A stretch of 63,998 bases of DNA, counting the filler, from Candidatus Hydrogenedentota bacterium (GTDB taxonomy: Bacteria; JBFMHD01), in assembly GCA_040752395.1 (NCBI GenBank). It is 10 parts of 10 records of this genome, joined end to end, with 100 filler letters (N's around TTAATTAATTAA, not from the genome) between each part and the next. Parts side by side here need not be neighbours in the genome. Positions count along the whole stretch, not along the records: positions 53,897 to 60,341 come from JBFMHD010000159.1; positions 60,442 to 63,998 come from JBFMHD010000253.1; 8 more parts are not named here. One strand, given 5' to 3'. Positions 59,610-63,998 of the stretch are shown piece after piece. The notes under the pieces were generated by a model that saw only the letters and a list, made by a program, of their open reading frames with translations, was not told where the DNA came from and ran no database searches. The translations under genes were made by a program, and so were the position numbers. Each line of letters begins with the position of its first letter. Within the stretch, counting starts at the first letter, position 1.

Positions 59610-60341
59610 CTATATTTTTAAAATTATATTACCAGCAAAGTCATAAATTATTATACTTTTAATATAAATCTTTCCTTCTTTATTAATGCTATCCATTACT
59701 AAATTTAATCTATTAATTATTTTTTCTTTGATAGGCAGCTTTAATTTTTCCCATAAAGAAGTAAAAAGTGACAATTCTAAACTATTACCGTAATAATCTA
59801 AACAAGAAAAGATTTCACCTCTGCCGGTATTTACTTTATTCAACTCATCTCTAATCTTTGAAATCTCGGCTGTCAAATAAGGATTATCCAAAACATCAAA
59901 ATGTAAACCTATCCAGCTGATATCATCCTCTTTTACAAAACCATTCACATCGTTATACAAAACCTGAATCCACTCATTATTCCCCTTAATATTTTTAATA
60001 AGCGAATTTTTATTCAGTCGGGCTAAAACCCTTGAAGAAGTATTAGCTTCACTATAGAGTAGAACCCCATCATTTTTTACCCTGTAATAATTATAATCTC
60101 TCATTCCTGCTCTCAACTTCAGAAGTTCTTCTTTTTTATCTTTTACAACATTGTTAATACTCACTTGATTGTTCCTGTTAGATATAAAATAGACAAAATA
60201 CCCTAAAAAAACTATTAAGATTAAAATAGCGCTCTGTATCAGCGGTATACGTATCTTTTCATAGAAACTCTCTTCAGCAACGTGTAACTCACCCTTTATA
60301 TAACCATGATATTCTGTATCTTTTTTTTCTTTCTTACGTAA
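59610..60341 (-). CDS. membrane-anchored SH3 domain protein (5' truncated)
   Basis: Frame open to contig end, including a TM segment; LYSEANTSSRVLARL...WIQV...GFV. Confidence 0.7.
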   Translation of the reverse strand, partial: LRKKEKKDTEYHGYIKGELHVAEESFYEKIRIPLIQSAILILIVFLGYFVYFISNRNNQVSINNVVKDKKEELLKLRAGMRDYNYYRVKNDGVLLYSEANTSSRVLARLNKNSLIKNIKGNNEWIQVLYNDVNGFVKEDDISWIGLHFDVLDNPYLTAEISKIRDELNKVNTGRGEIFSCLDYYGNSLELSLFTSLWEKLKLPIKEKIINRLNLVMDSINKEGKIYIKSIIIYDFAGNIILKI

Positions 60342-60441
60342 NNNNNNNNNNNNNNNNNNNNNNNNNNNNNNNNNNNNNNNNNNNNTTAATTAATTAANNN
60401 NNNNNNNNNNNNNNNNNNNNNNNNNNNNNNNNNNNNNNNNN

Positions 60442-60597
60442 TCAAGACTTTTCAGCAGGCTACGGGCTTTTGGCTCCAGCCGGCCGCAGGCCGTAGCCTG
60501 TAGCCTGTCCTGATACCTCTCACTTCTTCCGTTATCTTGCTTCTTGCTTCTTGCTTCTACTTGATATTATTAGAGTTACAATGTTTTTCAGAGGAGA
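60442..60597 (+). repeat. modular repeat starting at contig edge
   Basis: E tail, F hairpin, G module, GTTTTTCAGAGGAG. Confidence 0.9.
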
Positions 60598-60753
60598 CCT
60601 CGAAAATATTGTCCGCTGATAACAGAATCCATTAGACTCTTTGTAATGTAAGAAAAATCACCTAAAAATCTCTTGCAAATTTTTTAAAAATCCTATATAA
60701 TATATATATATTAAAATTTGATAAAAGAAACTCATATTACAGGAGAAATCATT

Positions 60754-61770
60754 ATGATTAAGAAATTTTTAAACAAAGGTATATTTCTGAACATTTTTTT
60801 ATTACTACCTGTAATCCTGTACGCTTCTTTATCAGGCAGTATTATTCAAAGTAATGGTGATGTAATAATAGTTCGGAATAATCAGTCACAGAAAGCCCTA
60901 TCCGGGACACCGGTTTATACAGAAGATTTAATCCAGACAGGTGGAAATAGCGAATGTATTTTATCTTTTCTTGATGGTTCTAAAATATCGATATCAGAGA
61001 ATACAAAATTTTCTATAAAAGAATCATTATTTCAAATAACAAATCGTAAAATCGGGTTAAAGCTTGATCAAGGTCTGGTACGCTCTCTGGTAGAAGATTT
61101 CAAGAAAGAAGAGGCTGAGTTTTATATCCAGACTCCGCAAGTAGTTGCAGGTGTTCGTGGCACTGATTTCTTAACAAGAACAGACCCGATAAAACAAATA
61201 ACCCATGTCTCTGTAATTTCAGGTCAGGTTTCTGTCCGAGACATTATGAGTAATCGTCAGATGTTTGTTCAAGGTGGTCAGCAACTTCAGGCAGGCCGAA
61301 ATATAAGAGCACCTATTATCACTAATTTCTCACCGAAAAATCTACCCAATATACAACCACAAATCAATGCTCCTCCACCACCAGGCGGTATGATGTCACC
61401 ACCGCCAGGAGGTATGCAACCACCGCCAGGAGGTATGCAACCACCACCAGGAGGTATGCAACCACCGCCAGGAGGTATGTCACCACCGCCAGGCGGTATG
61501 ACGCCACCACCAGGAGGTATGCAACCACCACCAGGAAATATAATGCCTCAACAAATGGGTAAAGAAGGGTCAATGCCTCAACGTATGGGCAAAGAAGGGC
61601 CAATGCCTCAAAAGGAGATGAGACAAGGTCAGCCACAACATCAGCCGGGTAAAATGGGACCACATCCTATCAGAGACGGGCTTCATCATCCCATTGGGCC
61701 TCCAAAACCTCAGTTGTTTCATAATCAACCTGGCCAGGTTCTACCTCCTCCACCACCACCAAATCAGTAG
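60754..61770 (+). CDS. secreted FecR-domain protein with Pro-rich tail
   Basis: Signal peptide; DLIQTG, DGSKISISENT, TPQVVAGVRGTDF; ATG 60754 preferred to TTG 60718. Confidence 0.85.
   Translation: MIKKFLNKGIFLNIFLLLPVILYASLSGSIIQSNGDVIIVRNNQSQKALSGTPVYTEDLIQTGGNSECILSFLDGSKISISENTKFSIKESLFQITNRKIGLKLDQGLVRSLVEDFKKEEAEFYIQTPQVVAGVRGTDFLTRTDPIKQITHVSVISGQVSVRDIMSNRQMFVQGGQQLQAGRNIRAPIITNFSPKNLPNIQPQINAPPPPGGMMSPPPGGMQPPPGGMQPPPGGMQPPPGGMSPPPGGMTPPPGGMQPPPGNIMPQQMGKEGSMPQRMGKEGPMPQKEMRQGQPQHQPGKMGPHPIRDGLHHPIGPPKPQLFHNQPGQVLPPPPPPNQ
61372..61536 (+). repeat. 21-nt coding tandem repeat (PPPGGM[QST])
   Basis: CCACC(G/A)CCAGG(A/C)GGTATG-NNN units, about 7-8 copies. Confidence 0.92.
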
Positions 61771-61783
61771 CTGATACAATAAA

Positions 61784-63256
61784 ATGATTTTGATGGTAGA
61801 GCATTTGAGGAAATATATATTATTTTATCTGTTAATTTTTTATCTCTCATCTTCATTCGTATCAGCTATTGACTTTGAAAAGGCTCAAGAATTGTTCCAG
61901 GCAAAGGATTATAATGTTTTAGTTACAGATATTTCTTTAGAGACCGAGAGTGATACAAGGGTTTTATTTTTGCGTGCGTATGGAGCAGAGTATACAAATC
62001 AAACCAAGGAAGCGATAGTAACTTATCTACGAATATTAAAGATAGAGCCGACAAACTTTTTTGCCATCAGGGCATTGGGTATCCTTTTTTTAACAGATTA
62101 CCCTGATAAATCCATCACTTTTCTTTCCCGTGCTTGTGAATATCAGCCAAATGACCCGCTCACACATTTTTATCTTGGCAGAGCATATCGTGCAAATAAC
62201 GAGATTGATAAAGCTATCTCACATTTTCTTGTTGCATCAATGAATCCACCTTTAAAAATAAATTCACTTTTACAGATAGCAGAGATGTATGTTGAAAAAG
62301 GTGAGAAAGAGACTGCGATTTCTATTTTACTTCAAGCAAAATGGGATCCGATAATTAAAAATTATCTATCAACGCTTGGTTACGAAGTGGTCGAGGAGAA
62401 AGAAGTAACCGAAGTGGATAAATTTGATTTCAGTCTGTATTTCAATCGTGGGTATAACGACAATATCCTTCTTGTCTCCCAGTCAGCCAAAACCCCGCCT
62501 TCAAATATGGCTGATCATTACACATCTTATACCCTTGAACTTGATTATACTTTTGTTACCAGAGAAAAGTACGGTTTGTATTTAAAATCCACACTTACTG
62601 GTTTAGGTTACGATGATAGAACAGATTATGACCAGACCACATCTGAGAACACTTTAACCCCTTGTTATTTCTTTACGAAAAAGCTTTATGCATCATTAGA
62701 GTCAGTTTATTATTTTACCGAGTTAGACGGTGCTTCTTATCTCAGTTCATATTCGTTCAGCCCTTTAATTGGATATAATGAATGGAAGAACCTATGGGGC
62801 AAACTTTCTTATGAATATCGAAAAGACAATTACAGGCAGGATAGTACCTCAGAGCAGCGAGAAAAAATGCTTGGGATAGAAGAAATTTATTATTTCACTG
62901 CGGGTCATTACGTCTCTTTAAAATATCTTAACCGCAAGAACCATGCATTTTTAGCTGAGAGTGACTATGATGGCTATGATTTAGGATCTACGATATACCT
63001 TGACTTAAAACCTTTAAAAAGTTATTTAACACTTTATTATCTCTACCAGAGCAAGGATTATAAAGTTTACACCACAGAAATAGAAGGTCTCAGGCACGAT
63101 GATATGCGTATTGCTTCAGCTGAACTTTCGCGCGAACTATTCTCAAAAAATTTCTATATAGTGTTTGCTTACTACTTTACTAATTCAAACTCCAATCTTG
63201 AGAGATATACCTATGAACAGAGATACGGTTCTATAGGATTCTTATTCAATTATTAA
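61784..63256 (+). CDS. TPR plus C-terminal outer-membrane beta-barrel protein (Slam/DUF560-like)
   Basis: Signal peptide, TPRs, GYNDNI, NSN...Y.Y, terminal F-N-Y. Confidence 0.75.
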   Translation: MILMVEHLRKYILFYLLIFYLSSSFVSAIDFEKAQELFQAKDYNVLVTDISLETESDTRVLFLRAYGAEYTNQTKEAIVTYLRILKIEPTNFFAIRALGILFLTDYPDKSITFLSRACEYQPNDPLTHFYLGRAYRANNEIDKAISHFLVASMNPPLKINSLLQIAEMYVEKGEKETAISILLQAKWDPIIKNYLSTLGYEVVEEKEVTEVDKFDFSLYFNRGYNDNILLVSQSAKTPPSNMADHYTSYTLELDYTFVTREKYGLYLKSTLTGLGYDDRTDYDQTTSENTLTPCYFFTKKLYASLESVYYFTELDGASYLSSYSFSPLIGYNEWKNLWGKLSYEYRKDNYRQDSTSEQREKMLGIEEIYYFTAGHYVSLKYLNRKNHAFLAESDYDGYDLGSTIYLDLKPLKSYLTLYYLYQSKDYKVYTTEIEGLRHDDMRIASAELSRELFSKNFYIVFAYYFTNSNSNLERYTYEQRYGSIGFLFNY

Positions 63257-63258
63257 AA

Positions 63259-63998
63259 ATGGGTACCCAAAAGCATAAAATAAAAACTAAAACTAAAAGA
63301 ATAAAAAAAGAAAAAGAAGAATTAAAGAGGGGATTGACATTCCTGGAACAATGTGAAAATTTATGGAAATTTTACAGAAAACGAAGAGACCCTGATGGTT
63401 TAAGACTCTCTTATTATAATCACCTGCTTTATACAAGAGCCAAAGAAGAGTTTGTTGCTACTTTGTATGATAAATATTTAAGTCTCGCATACGTAATAAG
63501 AGATAGGGCTGTTGAACGATGGACAAAGACTCAACGAACTTATTACGAAGTAGATACTAAACGAGTCTATTATCTTTCATTAGAGTTCCTCTTAGGTAGA
63601 CTTATATTAAATAATCTGATAAATTCAGGGATGGTTGATGAGATAAAATATGTACTTAAGAATTTAGGTTATGATTTTAAACAGTTAATAGAGACAGAGC
63701 CAGATGCGGGTCTGGGAAATGGTGGTCTTGGTCGGCTGGCAGCTTGTTTTATTGATTCTATGGCAACTATGGAGTTACCTGCCTATGGTTATGGCTTAAG
63801 ATATGAGTTTGGTATCTTTAATCAAAAGATAAAAAACGGTTTTCAGATTGAAGAACCAGAAAGATGGTTGAAACATGGTTACCCCTGGGAGATTGAACGG
63901 CCAGAGTTTGTTATGCCTGTTAGTTTTTATGGTGATGTCAGCACTGAAAAGGATGAGTTCGGTCGAATTAAATATAAATGGATAAACACAAGACAGGT
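63259..63998 (+). CDS. glgP: glycogen/alpha-glucan phosphorylase (3' beyond window)
   Basis: KRVYYLSLEFLLGR, EPDAGLGNGGLGRLAACF.DS, GYGLRYEFG; not in ORF track. Confidence 0.96.
   Translation, partial: MGTQKHKIKTKTKRIKKEKEELKRGLTFLEQCENLWKFYRKRRDPDGLRLSYYNHLLYTRAKEEFVATLYDKYLSLAYVIRDRAVERWTKTQRTYYEVDTKRVYYLSLEFLLGRLILNNLINSGMVDEIKYVLKNLGYDFKQLIETEPDAGLGNGGLGRLAACFIDSMATMELPAYGYGLRYEFGIFNQKIKNGFQIEEPERWLKHGYPWEIERPEFVMPVSFYGDVSTEKDEFGRIKYKWINTRQ

Overview
Low-GC (roughly one-third, by eye) draft genome or MAG of a diderm bacterium. The window is 10 unrelated contigs of about 6.4-6.9 kb in descending size (last one cut by the window edge), joined by artificial 100-nt N-TTAATTAATTAA-N linkers, so gene neighbourhood is meaningful only within a contig. 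Coding content is mostly housekeeping: hisS-aspS, hisC, glmS, larC, rlmB, ppx-ppk1-CHAD, hflC/K, recD2, leuB start, proB, dapF, murI-rarA with 6S RNA, and glgP. There is also a Tad pilus fragment, an MNT-HEPN pair and several outer-membrane proteins. The most striking feature is non-coding: a modular repeat family built from 7/8-nt tandem units arranged as imperfect hairpins, present in about 18 full or partial copies. It usually sits in the 5' leader of a gene and ends in that gene's Shine-Dalgarno. In two cases it has become coding sequence, supplying the apparent signal peptide of a PorV-like protein and the C-terminus and stop codon of a YkgJ protein. Smaller oddities include a decayed duplicate of an argA-like gene bracketing the MNT-HEPN cassette, a double-glycine-leader peptide remnant, a catalytically degenerate Ppx, a STAS-PilZ fusion and several gene remnants. 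All calls come from reading motifs by eye; no searches were run.
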